DNA of 64,000 bases, from contig QBVY01000004.1 of the NCBI GenBank assembly GCA_003283765.1, positions 16,493 through 80,492 of the forward strand. Reading direction: 5' to 3'. Below the pieces are notes generated by a model. It saw only the letters and a list, made by a program, of their open reading frames with translations, was not told the origin of the DNA and did not search any database. This document shows positions 27,465 through 38,495 of the stretch, piece after piece. Made by a program: the position numbers and the translations under genes. This stretch comes from SAR86 cluster bacterium AG-313-N18 (GTDB lineage: Bacteria > Pseudomonadota > Gammaproteobacteria > Magnimaribacterales > D2472). Within the stretch, counting starts at the first letter, position 1. Each line of letters starts with the position of its first letter.

Positions 27465-28726
27465 TGATTGATACTCCAAAAAACTTAACCAGAAATATAC
27501 TTGTCGGTCTGATTCTCGGTTTTGTTGTTGGCGCTTTCCTGTTTTATACAAACTTCTTTCCAAGTTCAGTAGATGCTTTTGTAGAAAAATATATCTTTAA
27601 GATGGGCGGAGATATCTTCATGAATCTCCTAAAGTTATTGGTTGTGCCTTTGGTTTTCTTTTCTTTGGTGACAGGCATTTCCTCTCTTGGAAGCTCACAG
27701 TCTTTAGGGAAGCTTACATTTAAAACCGTAGGTTTTTATTTGTTAACTACAGGCATCGCTGTTTCTTTAGCACTTTTAGCTGGTTCTTTCTTTCAGCCAG
27801 GTTCTAATTATTCATCTGACATAGCTATGGCTGCACCAAGTTCATTGCCTCAAGGGCAAGGAATCTACTCAACCATTGTTGGAATCTTTCCTTCAAATAT
27901 CATTCAGGCGATGGCTGAAAATCAGATGCTGGCAATTGTATTCTTTAGCATTATTTTTGGTTTAGCTCTCAATAAAACAAATCATTTAACGGGAAATTTA
28001 AGCGACTCATTCGCAAAATTGAACACAGTATTTTTACAGCTGATAGTTATGATCATGAGCTTTGCTCCATTAGGAGTTTTTTGTTTAATTGGAAAGTTTG
28101 CTATTGCTGATGGGCTTGATATTTTTCAAGATGTTTTGGCATATGTTGTTCTTTTAATAGCTCTTCTGTTATTTCACGCAGCTTTCACTTACTCAATATT
28201 TTTAAAGTTTATCGGAGGTTTAAATCCGCTAACTTTTTACAGAAAGATGAAAGACGTTGCTTTATTTGCATTTTCTACTTCTTCAAGTGCAGCAACAATT
28301 CCAGTAACTCTTAGAACAGTCAATCAAGACTTGGGCGTAAATCAAAATGTTGCCTCTTTTGTAGTGCCTGTAGGCGCTACGATAAATATGGATGGAACTG
28401 CAATTATGCAGGGTCTAGCAACAGTGTTTATTGCTCAAATGTCAGGTATTGATCTAACGTTGTTCCAATACATTCAAGTTGTTCTATTGGCAGTCGCAAC
28501 TTCCATTGGAACTGCTGCTGTTCCATCGGCAGGAACCATTACTTTGATAATAATTTTGCAACAATTCAACTTACCACTCGAGGCAATAGGGATCATCCTT
28601 GCGGTCGATAGGGTGCTAGATATGATCAGAACATCGATTAATGTTACCGGTGATGCTGCAATTGCATGTATAGTTGCGAAATCAGAGAATCAATTGGATG
28701 AAAATATTTTCAATTCAAAGGCTTAA
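27464..28726 (+). CDS. Dicarboxylate/amino acid:cation symporter (DAACS/GltP family)
   Basis: 420 aa. FSTSSSAATIPVT and VGATINMDGTAI are hallmark DAACS reentrant-loop motifs. Confidence 0.85.
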   Translation: MIDTPKNLTRNILVGLILGFVVGAFLFYTNFFPSSVDAFVEKYIFKMGGDIFMNLLKLLVVPLVFFSLVTGISSLGSSQSLGKLTFKTVGFYLLTTGIAVSLALLAGSFFQPGSNYSSDIAMAAPSSLPQGQGIYSTIVGIFPSNIIQAMAENQMLAIVFFSIIFGLALNKTNHLTGNLSDSFAKLNTVFLQLIVMIMSFAPLGVFCLIGKFAIADGLDIFQDVLAYVVLLIALLLFHAAFTYSIFLKFIGGLNPLTFYRKMKDVALFAFSTSSSAATIPVTLRTVNQDLGVNQNVASFVVPVGATINMDGTAIMQGLATVFIAQMSGIDLTLFQYIQVVLLAVATSIGTAAVPSAGTITLIIILQQFNLPLEAIGIILAVDRVLDMIRTSINVTGDAAIACIVAKSENQLDENIFNSKA

Positions 28727-28786
28727 TTACTAATTAAATTCAATTTTATTTGATAAAATCTAACGCTTGTTTATAGGAGAGAAAGG

Positions 28787-30775
28787 ATGAATATATTAAT
28801 TGCCCCAGTATTGGGTGTTCTTGGTTTGATTGCGGCTTTTGTGGTCTTTAGTTTGGTTATGCGTTATTCAGATGGAACTGATCAAGTCAAAAAGATTGGT
28901 GATGAAATTCATAAGGGCGCAATGAAATTCATGAAAACTGAATATACCTATTTATTAATTTTCGTTGCCGTGTTGGTTGTATTAGTTGCAATCTTTTTAA
29001 CTATTCAATCAGCAATTGCAGTCGTAGTTGGCGCTGCTTGCTCATCTTTAGCAGGATTTATTGGAATGTATGCAGCTACCAAAGCAAATGTCAGAACTGC
29101 AACTGCAGCTCAACAAGAAGGCGCAGCTGCAGCATTAAGTGTTTCTTTTTATGGTGGCTCGGTCATGGGATTATGTGTCGCCTCTCTTGGTTTAATTGGT
29201 TTGGGTGGTCTCTTCTATTTCTTTAGTGAATCTCATGTTCATGCTCTTGAAGGATTTGGAATGGGTGCATCAGTGGTAGCGTTATTTTCTCGTGTTGGCG
29301 GAGGCATCTTTACCAAGAGTGCTGATGTTGGAGCAGATTTAGTGGGTAAGATTGAAGCAGGAATTCCTGAAGATGATCCAAGAAACCCCGGAGTTATCGC
29401 AGATAATGTTGGTGATAACGTTGGTGATGTTGCAGGAATGGGATCAGATATTTTTGAATCTTATTGTGGATCAATGATTGCGTCCATCGCCATAGCCTAT
29501 ACTTTAGGCTCTAAAGAAATGATGATGTTTCCATTGGCTTTAACTTCAATCGGCTTAATAGCCTCTATCATTGGAATCATAATTGTTAAGTTGCAGTCTG
29601 CTAAAGCACCTGCAAGTGCATTAAGATCAGGAACTCTTTTAGCTCCAGCAATATTTATTGTTATGGCTTACTTCTTAACCAACAGCATGGCAGGCGTTTC
29701 GATGAATGCATGGTGGGCTGTAGTTTGTGGTGCAGTTGGTGGAGTTCTAATCGGCTTAATCACTGAGTACTACACAGGTGGGAACCCTGTTAAAAAGATT
29801 GCTGAATCAGGTGAAACTGGTTCTGCAACTGTTATGATTTCCGGCCTTTCAGTTGGAATGCAATCTGTTGTAATCCCAATTTTAGTTTTAGCAACAATTA
29901 TTTTAATTTCTACGACTCTTTCGGGAGTTTATGGGGTGGGAATTGCGGCAGTAGGAATGCTTTCAACAGTAGGAATCACTATGGCAATTGATGCGTATGG
30001 TCCAGTTGCAGATAACGCCGGTGGTATTGCTGAGATGGCTGGGATGGGAGAAGACGTAAGAGAGATCACTGATTCTTTAGACGAGCTTGGAAATACAACC
30101 GCAGCTATTGGCAAAGGATTCGCAATTGGAGCTGCAGCTTTAGCAGCACTTGCAATCATTTCTGCATTCTCTGCAGTTGTTAGTCTTAATTTTGGTGATG
30201 CATTTACTTTATCTCTTGGCCAACCAATTGTGCTGGTGGGGATGTTTATAGGAATTTGTATTCCTTTCTTGATTTCATCAATCACCATGACAGCTGTTGG
30301 AGATGCTGCATTTGAGATGATTAATGAAATCCGAAGACAATTTAGAGAAATCTCAGGCTTAATGGAAGGAACTGCAGATCCAGATTCAGAAAAATGTGTT
30401 GAGATAGCCACTAAAGCTGCCTTAAAGAAAATGATGTTACCAGGAGTTATTGCAGTAGCGATGCCAGCGGTTGTAGGATTTGGCTTGGGTGCTATGGCTT
30501 TAGGTGGAATGCTTGCTGGTGGCCTTTTAGGCTGTGTTGCACTAGCTCTGTTTATGGCAAATGCTGGCGGTGCTTGGGATAACGCTAAGAAATATGTTGA
30601 GAAGGGTAATCTTGGTGGAAAAGGTTCTGATACGCATGCTGCAGTTGTAGTGGGCGACACAGTTGGTGATCCATTTAAAGACACTTCTGGACCCTCAATG
30701 AATATCTTAATTAATGTTATGGCAATTGTGAGTTTAGTTATAGCTCCTTTATTAACGCTGAATGGAATGTTATAA
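28787..30775 (+). CDS. hppA: Membrane-bound ion-translocating pyrophosphatase, K+-dependent signature
   Basis: 662 aa. [27 protein letters not shown] and [14 protein letters not shown] motifs, with about 15-16 TM segments. Confidence 0.95.
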   Translation: MNILIAPVLGVLGLIAAFVVFSLVMRYSDGTDQVKKIGDEIHKGAMKFMKTEYTYLLIFVAVLVVLVAIFLTIQSAIAVVVGAACSSLAGFIGMYAATKANVRTATAAQQEGAAAALSVSFYGGSVMGLCVASLGLIGLGGLFYFFSESHVHALEGFGMGASVVALFSRVGGGIFTKSADVGADLVGKIEAGIPEDDPRNPGVIADNVGDNVGDVAGMGSDIFESYCGSMIASIAIAYTLGSKEMMMFPLALTSIGLIASIIGIIIVKLQSAKAPASALRSGTLLAPAIFIVMAYFLTNSMAGVSMNAWWAVVCGAVGGVLIGLITEYYTGGNPVKKIAESGETGSATVMISGLSVGMQSVVIPILVLATIILISTTLSGVYGVGIAAVGMLSTVGITMAIDAYGPVADNAGGIAEMAGMGEDVREITDSLDELGNTTAAIGKGFAIGAAALAALAIISAFSAVVSLNFGDAFTLSLGQPIVLVGMFIGICIPFLISSITMTAVGDAAFEMINEIRRQFREISGLMEGTADPDSEKCVEIATKAALKKMMLPGVIAVAMPAVVGFGLGAMALGGMLAGGLLGCVALALFMANAGGAWDNAKKYVEKGNLGGKGSDTHAAVVVGDTVGDPFKDTSGPSMNILINVMAIVSLVIAPLLTLNGML

Positions 30776-30797
30776 AAATCACTAACCAAAAAATATC

Positions 30798-30824
30798 AAA
30801 AAACCCGCATTAGCGGGTTTTTTT
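30798..30824 (+). terminator. Rho-independent terminator after hppA
   Basis: AAACCCGC-ATTA-GCGGGTTT followed by a T-run (TTTTTTTG). Confidence 0.8.
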
Positions 30825-30862
30825 GTTTCATAATAAATTATTAAATCTATTGGAGACATAAA

Positions 30863-31189
30863 ATGAAAAAATATTTTGTTCTAGGGGCTGCTTTACTGTT
30901 TTGTAATATCTCACAAGCAGCTGTATATATGATTGATTTCAAATGTGATCAAGAGGCATATAAAGTTTTTGCTACCATGACGTTAGAAGAACTTGATGGT
31001 GAATTCCTAGAGGGCTCTAAAAAGCTTGCTAGATATCATGACCTCACCACTGGCAGCGGCATAGTTATAGTAGAAGCTGATGACCCAACTCTTGTAATTG
31101 AATTTGCTAACGGATGGAGCGAAGTGTGTGATTCCGCAATAGTCCCTGTAGTTGACGATAAAAAAGCAATGGAGATTTTGACCAGATAG
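30863..31189 (+). CDS. DUF3303-like small secreted protein
   Basis: 108 aa with a signal peptide (ALLFCNISQA). EADDPTLVIEFANGWSEVCDSAIVPVV resembles the DUF3303 C-terminal block. Confidence 0.5.
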   Translation: MKKYFVLGAALLFCNISQAAVYMIDFKCDQEAYKVFATMTLEELDGEFLEGSKKLARYHDLTTGSGIVIVEADDPTLVIEFANGWSEVCDSAIVPVVDDKKAMEILTR

Positions 31190-33253
31190 TTAAGCGTCTG
31201 CAAAAGCTATAGAGCCTGAGATCCATCTTTCTATTAACTGATTGGCTAAATCAGGCTCTTCGTTGCATATTAATTCAGCAACTTTTTTAGTTTCCATTAG
31301 ATACTGACTGTCTCTAACTAGATTTGTATATTTCATAGGCACAATGCCTGTTTGTTGTGCGCCCATAATTTCTCCGGGGCCTCTAATTACTAGATCTTCT
31401 TCAGCAATTTTAAAACCATCTTGAGAGTCTACCAATACTTGAAGTCTTTGCGATGAAACATCTTGAATCTTATCTTTGTGCAAAAGAATACAAAAACTCT
31501 CTTTGGTTCCCCTGCCTATTCTGCCTCTTAATTGATGCAGTTGAGCCAAACCAAATCTTTCTGCATTTTCAATGACCATGATATCTGCATCAGGGATATC
31601 AACTCCGACTTCAACAACGGTCGTTGATACTAAGATTGAGGTTTGTGAATCCTTGAAAGCTTGGATCTGCTCTTGTTTTTTATTTGCTGAGAGCTTGCCA
31701 TGCAGGCAACCAACTTTCTCTTGGCTAAAATGCTCAGATAAATCTTCGTAGGTTTCCATGACGGCATTTAAATCCAAGTTCTCAGATTCTTCAATTAAAG
31801 GGCATATCCAATATACTTTGCTGCCTTGTTTTGTTGCAGCTAACATTCTTTCAATCAGCTTGTCTTTTCCGCTTAAAGGTAAACATGATGTTTGAATTGG
31901 CTTCCTGCCTGGAGGCAGCTCATCGATTACGGACACATCCATGTTTGCATAAACACTCATAGAAAGCGTTCTTGGAATAGGGGTGGCTGTTAATGTGAGC
32001 TGATGAGGCGCTGATGTCTCAGAGTCATTCTTTTTCCTTAAGGCTAGTCGCTGATTAACTCCAAACCTGTGCTGCTCATCAATGATGATGAGAGCAAGAT
32101 TAGAAAACTCGACGCTTTTTTGAAATAAAGCATGGGTTCCAACTATTAATTTGATCTTGCTATCTTTGAGTTCCTGTAAGATCTTCTTTCTTTGGCTTGA
32201 AGCAGTGCTGCCAGTAAGAAGGGCTACTTTTCCTACATGTTTATTAAAAAATGATTTCAAACTAAGAAAATGTTGTTCTGCTAGCAGTGTGGTTGGCGCC
32301 ATAAAAGCAACCTGAAATGATGAATCAAGGGCTAAGGCAGCAGCCAAAGCACCCACTACTGTTTTCCCTGATCCAACATCCCCTTGAACCAATCTCATCA
32401 TAGGAACTGCCTGAGAAAGATCCTCTTTAATCTCACTTACAACTCTTGCTTGAGCGTCAGTTAATTCATAAGGAAAATTTGATTGAACTTCTTCTGTCCA
32501 TTCATTTTCTTTAGACAATGGAAAAGCTTGATGTCTTTTTTGCTTGCGTTTTAAAAACGCCATGCCCGCCTGAAAAGCAATCATTTCCTCTTTTAATAGT
32601 CTCACTCTAGCTGGATGTGAGCCTCCAGGAAGCATTTCTTCGATGTTTATTCCTGCATCAGGATTATGAATGGTTGTTAGGGCATCAATAATTTTCATGT
32701 TTAAAGATGAGTCATATTTTTCTACATCGAGAAAATCTTCTGCAAAATCTAGTTTTGAAATAGCTGAATGAATAAAACCCCTTATTTTTTTTTGACCTAT
32801 GCCTTTTGGTACCCTGTAAACAGGAGTCAATTTCTTATCTTTTAGGGCATGATCACTCGATATTACTTCATATTCCGGATGAATCATTTCTAATCCATAT
32901 CTGCTGAGGCTCACTTTCCCGTAACACAAAAGCTCAGTTCCAGCTTTGAGTTGTCTTGTTTGGGCAGGATGGAAATAAAAAAAACGAACATTAATATTAG
33001 AAGATTCATCAGTAGATTTAAGGACCATCATTTTTCTAGGTCTATACAGTGATTGCGCAGACAAGATCTTTACCTTGATTAATTTTTCATCTCCTGGTTG
33101 GAGATCAATTATTTGTGTAATTTTTGTTCTATCCTGATACCCAAAAGGCAGATGAAAGCAGAGATCTCTTAAGTTAAAAATTCCAATAAGATTTAGTTTT
33201 TTAACGATAGAGGGTCCGATACCTTTTAACTGAGTTAGTTCAATATTAGCCAC
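31190..33253 (-). CDS. recG: ATP-dependent DNA helicase RecG
   Basis: 687 aa. Wedge domain, then helicase motifs GDVGSGKT, DEQHRFG, TATPIPRT and QLHQLRGRIGRG. Confidence 0.95.
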   Translation of the reverse strand: MANIELTQLKGIGPSIVKKLNLIGIFNLRDLCFHLPFGYQDRTKITQIIDLQPGDEKLIKVKILSAQSLYRPRKMMVLKSTDESSNINVRFFYFHPAQTRQLKAGTELLCYGKVSLSRYGLEMIHPEYEVISSDHALKDKKLTPVYRVPKGIGQKKIRGFIHSAISKLDFAEDFLDVEKYDSSLNMKIIDALTTIHNPDAGINIEEMLPGGSHPARVRLLKEEMIAFQAGMAFLKRKQKRHQAFPLSKENEWTEEVQSNFPYELTDAQARVVSEIKEDLSQAVPMMRLVQGDVGSGKTVVGALAAALALDSSFQVAFMAPTTLLAEQHFLSLKSFFNKHVGKVALLTGSTASSQRKKILQELKDSKIKLIVGTHALFQKSVEFSNLALIIIDEQHRFGVNQRLALRKKNDSETSAPHQLTLTATPIPRTLSMSVYANMDVSVIDELPPGRKPIQTSCLPLSGKDKLIERMLAATKQGSKVYWICPLIEESENLDLNAVMETYEDLSEHFSQEKVGCLHGKLSANKKQEQIQAFKDSQTSILVSTTVVEVGVDIPDADIMVIENAERFGLAQLHQLRGRIGRGTKESFCILLHKDKIQDVSSQRLQVLVDSQDGFKIAEEDLVIRGPGEIMGAQQTGIVPMKYTNLVRDSQYLMETKKVAELICNEEPDLANQLIERWISGSIAFADA

Positions 33254-33296
33254 TTAACGATAATACTTTTAATATAAGGACTTTAGAAACATATAT

Positions 33297-34076
33297 ATGA
33301 AAAAAGTTTTAATTATCGGCTACGGAGACATTGGCAGTCGCATAGCTGCAAGACTTCCAAATCAAGAATTTATAGGCGTTTCTAGAAGTGCGCCTGCTGA
33401 TTTACCAAATGTTGAATTCATTCAGCAAGACTGGATGAACGAATCAAAATTAATTTTGCCTTCTATAAATTTCTCAACCATTGTGTTGATATTAAAGCCA
33501 ACCTCGCCAGATATAGATGGCTATCAAAGAGGATTCTTAGACGCGTCATATCATATGATAGATTTTTTCAATAACAAGATAAGTTATGAAAAATTACTAA
33601 TTGTTACTTCAACCAGGGTTTATGGTTTGGACAATGGAAGACAGATCACAGAAGCAGTAAAACCTTTGCCTGATGATCAGCAAGCAAGAATTATTTTAGA
33701 GTATGAAGAGTTTGTAGCGCGTGAATCCAAAATAGAGCCTTTAATTTTGCGTCCCTCGGGGCTGTATGACGAACAAGCTCATTGGATGAAAAATCATGTG
33801 GATGCTTTTGATGGAAAAAAATATCCTCTACGCTTTGCTGAAGCCAATATGTTTAGCAGGACAAATCTTGCATTGGTGATAGCAAATTATATTTGCAACA
33901 AAGAATCAGCCCATGTATCTGGACCGCTGATTTGCAGTGAGCAAGCTCGAAAGTACAGTGAAATTTTTTCTCTTGTTTGTCCTGAGCACTCTTTTGAAGA
34001 TTTTTTTATAGGTTCAGATAAAATTGGTAAGTCATTTGATCCGCAAAAGTTATTAGACAGTGGTTTAATGAGATAA
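33297..34076 (+). CDS. NAD(P)-binding Rossmann-fold protein (SDR/epimerase-like)
   Basis: 259 aa. The N-terminal VLIIGYGDIGSRIA is a GxGxxG-type motif. No finer family recognised. Confidence 0.5.
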   Translation: MKKVLIIGYGDIGSRIAARLPNQEFIGVSRSAPADLPNVEFIQQDWMNESKLILPSINFSTIVLILKPTSPDIDGYQRGFLDASYHMIDFFNNKISYEKLLIVTSTRVYGLDNGRQITEAVKPLPDDQQARIILEYEEFVARESKIEPLILRPSGLYDEQAHWMKNHVDAFDGKKYPLRFAEANMFSRTNLALVIANYICNKESAHVSGPLICSEQARKYSEIFSLVCPEHSFEDFFIGSDKIGKSFDPQKLLDSGLMR

Positions 34077-34100
34077 TAGTAAAAAGTATTTAGGAAACTT

Positions 34101-34952
34101 ATGTTTTACAGCATGACAGGGTATGGAACAGGGCAAGCAACCTCAAAAAAAATGGAGGTTTTATGTGAAATTAAGTCAGTGAATAATAGGTTTGTAGATA
34201 TATCTTTCAGAGGATATAGCCTGCCAAATGATTTAGAGGAATACATAAAAAATCAGCTAAAGAAAAAGTTCTTCAGGGGATCTTTTGAAGTAAAAATTCA
34301 CGATAATTTCCAATCGGAGCATTCGTATGAGCTCAATCAAGAAAGTATCAGAAATTTAAAGAATACTTTGAAAGCTAGTAAAGATTTTAAACACTTAAAT
34401 CTTAAATTAAGCGATCTGAGAGATATTCCAGGCCTATTAACAGTCAGGACCTCAAAAAAAGACATTTCAATTTTAGGAAAGAAGGCATTAAATATTGCAA
34501 TTAAGAACTTAGTAGACTCTAGAGCCAAAGAAGGTCAAAAAATAGAGAAAATTATTCTCGCTAAGACGTTATTTTTAAAAAATGCTCATCATAAATTATT
34601 AAAGTCGGCTCCTTCATTGCTTAAGCACAGAGTTAAAACTATCAAGAATAAGTTCATTCAAAAGAATATTGATATTAACAAAGATGAGATTGCTAATGAG
34701 CTATCAAATGTAGCACTAAAACATGATATTGCAGAGGAGCTAGAAAGAATTAGTTTTCATATTGAGTCGTTGAATAAATTATTCAAATTAAAAAACGCAC
34801 ACGGAAAAAAAATGGACTTCATCCTGCAAGAATTATTTAGAGAGGTAAATACTCTATCAGTTAAAATAGAAAAACCTGATTTAAAAGATTTAGCATTAAC
34901 CATGAAGTTAAAGGTAGAGGAACTGCGTGAGCAGGCTCAAAATTTAGAGTGA
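34101..34952 (+). CDS. yicC: YicC family protein (stress-induced endoribonuclease)
   Basis: 283 aa. SMTGYG N-terminus, SVNNRF, and a C-terminal EVNTL...K motif. It sits in the conserved position before gmk. Confidence 0.85.
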   Translation: MFYSMTGYGTGQATSKKMEVLCEIKSVNNRFVDISFRGYSLPNDLEEYIKNQLKKKFFRGSFEVKIHDNFQSEHSYELNQESIRNLKNTLKASKDFKHLNLKLSDLRDIPGLLTVRTSKKDISILGKKALNIAIKNLVDSRAKEGQKIEKIILAKTLFLKNAHHKLLKSAPSLLKHRVKTIKNKFIQKNIDINKDEIANELSNVALKHDIAEELERISFHIESLNKLFKLKNAHGKKMDFILQELFREVNTLSVKIEKPDLKDLALTMKLKVEELREQAQNLE

Positions 34953-35581
34953 TAAAGGATCCAAAGCTTTTTTTAGTTTCGGCTCCCTCAGGTGCAGGCA
35001 AGTCATCTTTGATTGATGCAGTTCTAGCCAAAGCCAATCAGTCTCATTTGCCTTTAGAACTATCTATTTCTTATACAACAAGATCACCAAGAAAAGGCGA
35101 GTCAAATGGCAATCAATATTTCTTTATTTCTGAAGAAGAGTTTATAGATAAAAAAAATTCTAATTTTTTTCTTGAACATGCAAAAGTGCATGGCAATTGG
35201 TACGGCACCTCTTTAAATTTTGTTGAATCAAAACTGAGCTCTGGGATAAATTTAATTCTTGAGATTGATGTTCAAGGATTTAGGCAGATTAATGAACTTG
35301 ATATTAAATATGAGTCTATATTCATTCTCCCTCCATCCATTTATTCTCTAGAGGAAAGAATAAAAAGCAGAGGAGACGAAGACTTAGAAGCTATAAATTT
35401 AAGACTAAAAAATGCCAAAGACGAATTAGCTTATGCAAATGAATATTCGCATATAGTTATTAATGACTTGTTTGATGATGCAGAAAGGGAGCTTTTTAAA
35501 ATTATTGCCCAAGAAAAGCTGTCAAACAGAGAAAAAACAGAAGAAGTACAACAGTTTTTAGCTCAGCTCTTGTCTTATTAG
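34949..35581 (+). CDS. gmk: Guanylate kinase
   Basis: 210 aa, GTG start in a GTGA overlap with yicC. SAPSGAGKSSL P-loop and SYTTRSPR.GE.NG..Y.F. Confidence 0.95.
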   Translation: MIKDPKLFLVSAPSGAGKSSLIDAVLAKANQSHLPLELSISYTTRSPRKGESNGNQYFFISEEEFIDKKNSNFFLEHAKVHGNWYGTSLNFVESKLSSGINLILEIDVQGFRQINELDIKYESIFILPPSIYSLEERIKSRGDEDLEAINLRLKNAKDELAYANEYSHIVINDLFDDAERELFKIIAQEKLSNREKTEEVQQFLAQLLSY

Positions 35582-35620
35582 GTAAATAAACACTAAAATA
35601 CGCCCTCGGAGATAAACATT

Positions 35621-35893
35621 ATGGCAAGAATTACAGTAGAAGGTTGCTTAGATAAAGTCGAAAGCAGATTTGAGTTAATCTTATTGGCTTCTGGAAGGGC
35701 AAGACAGCTTTCAACAACCAGCAGAGAACCAATGGTAGAGTGGGAAGATGATAAACCTACTATTGTTGCTTTAAGAGAAATTGAAGAAGGACTCATTACA
35801 AAAGAAATTCTTGATAAAACTCTTGAAGAGGACGTCCTATTGGATGAGTTTGCTATTGACAGAGAAAAGCCACAAGACGAAATTATCGGCTAA
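35621..35893 (+). CDS. rpoZ: DNA-directed RNA polymerase subunit omega
   Basis: 90 aa. MARITVE.CL....RFEL...A..RARQL. Confidence 0.95.
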   Translation: MARITVEGCLDKVESRFELILLASGRARQLSTTSREPMVEWEDDKPTIVALREIEEGLITKEILDKTLEEDVLLDEFAIDREKPQDEIIG

Positions 35894-35914
35894 TGTTAAT
35901 CCTGGAGCTTCTAA

Positions 35915-38137
35915 TTGAGTGACCGGGCTATACCAAACCAAGTTCTTTTAGATTTCTCTAATAGAAAACTTCTTTCACCAGTTCCGAAAAAACTCTACGA
36001 ATCTGCAAAAGTTTACTTCTCCAAGAAAGAGTTAGATCTTTTACAAACTGCATATAATGTTGCATTTGAGGCGCACAAGGACCAATTTCGTAAAGAAGGC
36101 TCAGCCTACATTACTCACCCTGTTGCAGTAGCATCGATTTTAATAGAGCTTAATCTAGACATTGAAACAGTCTGCGCAGGTTTAATGCACGATGTCTTAG
36201 AAGATAGCTTTATCAAAAAATCTTACTTGGAGAAACTCTTTGGCAAAGATGTTGTTGCAATAGTTGATGGTGTAAGTAATCTTAATAAGCTTGATTTTGA
36301 TAGCATCGAAGATCGTAATGCTAATAATTTACAAAAAATGGCTTTAGCCATGTCGAAGGACATAAGAGTAATAATTGTAAAGTTATGCGATCGATTGCAT
36401 AACATGAGAACTATTGAGTTTTTACCCAGAGAAAAACAAATTAGAAAATCAATTGAAACCATAGATCTCTATGGCCCGATTGCAATTAGAATTGGCATGC
36501 AAAACATTCGCATTGAGCTTGAAGATCTAGCTTTTAAATGCATTCATCCTATGCGAGCAAGAATGCTGGAATCAGCAATTAAACAAGCGGTTGGAGGAAG
36601 GCAAAGGATTATTTCTAAGCTTCGCAAACAATTTAAACATCATTTAAAAAATAATGATATTTTGGCAACTGTTCAAGGTAGGCAAAAATCTTTGTATAGC
36701 ATCTATAGAAAGATTAAACATAAGAAGAAACCATTTTCTGAAATTTTAGATGTTTATGCTTTCAGGGTCATTGTAAATTCCGTTGATGATGCATATAGAT
36801 CATTAGGCATTATTCATAATGTTCACAAACCAATTGGAAAAAAATTTAAAGATTACATTGCTATTCCAAAATCAAATGGTTATCAGGCAATTCATACATC
36901 CCTCATTGCTCTAGATGGTGTCCCAATTGAAGTTCAGATTCAAACAAAAAGCATGGAAACTATTGCTGAAAATGGAATTTCGGCACATTGGTCATATAAG
37001 ACCAAGGATAACGTAACCTCAGAATCAATGGGCGCAAAGAAATGGATTGAAAGCTTTACTGATTTAAACAAAGCCTCTGCTGATACCCATGAATTTGTTG
37101 AAGCAATTAAGACAGATCTAGTTTATGACGAGGTGTATGTATTTACGCCAGCTGGCAGAATTGTAAATTTAAAATCCGGCTCAACACCAATTGATCTAGC
37201 ATATGAGTTGCATACAGACCTTGGCAACAATGCAGTTGCATGTAAAGTAAATAGAAAATATGCGCCACTCAATATTCGACTTGAAAATGGGCAATCAATC
37301 GAAATTATTACCTCAGACAAGCAAGAGGTTAGTCCAGACTGGTTGAATTTTGTAGTAACAAGCAAGGCTAGATCCTCAATTCGCTTAGCACTTCGTAATC
37401 AAAAAATTTCACAATCTAGAAAGGCGGGCAAATTAATGCTTGAAAGTGAGTTGAAGAGAGGAGGTGTCACTCTTGATCAATACAGAGGGAGTAAAATGTC
37501 TAGGATTCTAGAGATGATAGGAGTCAAATCACTTAATGAGCTATTAACTGATCTAGGGTCTGGTAGAAAAACAGGGGTATTAGTTGCTGAGAGATTCTTT
37601 TCAGGTTTAAAGATTAGAAAAAATAAAAATCCTAAACTCAAAGCAATGGTTTTATCTGATCATCAAATTGAAGGAGTATCAGTTATATATGCAAAATGTT
37701 GTATGCCGATTCATGGAGATCCAATAACTGCGCATTCCGATACAGATAGAGGTATCGTAATTCATCATTCAAGGTGTAGGCAGGTTGCTCCGCATAGAAG
37801 CCATAATATCTCATCAAGATATTTCCCAGCGATGTGGGGAAGTGATAGCAAAGAACTTCATTATAAAGGGCATGTAAAAATTCATGCAGAAGATAGACCT
37901 GGAATATTGGCTGATATTGCATCAGTTTTTACTAAATCTAACCTTAATATAGTTAATATTCAAAGCAGGGATATTGATGCAATGATCATTGAGTTTGTTG
38001 TGGAAGTAGAAGTTCTGAATACTGATTCATTGAATAAATTGATGGTAAAATTACGCTCATTAAGATACGTTACGAGCTGTTCAAGAATAGTAAACGACAC
38101 CAAAACTAAAAATGAAAAAACCAATTTCTACAAATAA
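35915..38137 (+). CDS. spoT: Bifunctional (p)ppGpp synthetase/hydrolase SpoT
   Basis: 740 aa, TTG start with GGAG upstream. The HD hydrolase domain (HPVAVA...HDVLED) is intact. Also has the RelA/SpoT synthetase, TGS and ACT regions. The gmk-rpoZ-spoT synteny is present. Confidence 0.9.
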   Translation: MSDRAIPNQVLLDFSNRKLLSPVPKKLYESAKVYFSKKELDLLQTAYNVAFEAHKDQFRKEGSAYITHPVAVASILIELNLDIETVCAGLMHDVLEDSFIKKSYLEKLFGKDVVAIVDGVSNLNKLDFDSIEDRNANNLQKMALAMSKDIRVIIVKLCDRLHNMRTIEFLPREKQIRKSIETIDLYGPIAIRIGMQNIRIELEDLAFKCIHPMRARMLESAIKQAVGGRQRIISKLRKQFKHHLKNNDILATVQGRQKSLYSIYRKIKHKKKPFSEILDVYAFRVIVNSVDDAYRSLGIIHNVHKPIGKKFKDYIAIPKSNGYQAIHTSLIALDGVPIEVQIQTKSMETIAENGISAHWSYKTKDNVTSESMGAKKWIESFTDLNKASADTHEFVEAIKTDLVYDEVYVFTPAGRIVNLKSGSTPIDLAYELHTDLGNNAVACKVNRKYAPLNIRLENGQSIEIITSDKQEVSPDWLNFVVTSKARSSIRLALRNQKISQSRKAGKLMLESELKRGGVTLDQYRGSKMSRILEMIGVKSLNELLTDLGSGRKTGVLVAERFFSGLKIRKNKNPKLKAMVLSDHQIEGVSVIYAKCCMPIHGDPITAHSDTDRGIVIHHSRCRQVAPHRSHNISSRYFPAMWGSDSKELHYKGHVKIHAEDRPGILADIASVFTKSNLNIVNIQSRDIDAMIIEFVVEVEVLNTDSLNKLMVKLRSLRYVTSCSRIVNDTKTKNEKTNFYK

Positions 38138-38495
38138 GGCACCATCAGCCATCGGGCCGTATTCTCAAGCTATTCAATGGGGAGATGTTGTATTTATTTC
38201 TGGTCAGGTAGCCTTCATTCCTTCGACCGGAGAACTTAATAATAATACTTTTGAGAATGAGGTTAATCAGGTTCTCGATAATTTAGATGCAATCTGCAAA
38301 GAAGCAGGGGGAAGTCTGGATAACATATTAAAACTAAGCATCTTTTTAACAGACCTTTCTAATTTTGATACAGTGAATAATCTTATGAAAGAGAGATTCT
38401 CTGAACCTTTTCCTGCTCGCTCAACAATCGAGGTATCCAGATTGCCAAAAGATGTGAATATTGAGATGGATGCTATTTTATCGATAGAAGTTTAA
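38112..38495 (+). CDS. ridA: RidA family reactive-intermediate (enamine/imine) deaminase
   Basis: 127 aa. APSAIGPYSQAI, PARS..EV..LP....IE. It overlaps the spoT end by 26 nt. Confidence 0.9.
   Translation: MKKPISTNKAPSAIGPYSQAIQWGDVVFISGQVAFIPSTGELNNNTFENEVNQVLDNLDAICKEAGGSLDNILKLSIFLTDLSNFDTVNNLMKERFSEPFPARSTIEVSRLPKDVNIEMDAILSIEV

Noticed and set aside
29929-30789. A 286-aa ORF antisense to the 3' half of hppA
   Set aside because: hppA is unambiguous on the plus strand. The antisense product is a low-complexity A/P/I/S/T-rich string, as expected when Gly/Ala/Val/Ile-rich membrane-protein codons are read backwards. It has no start context or motifs.
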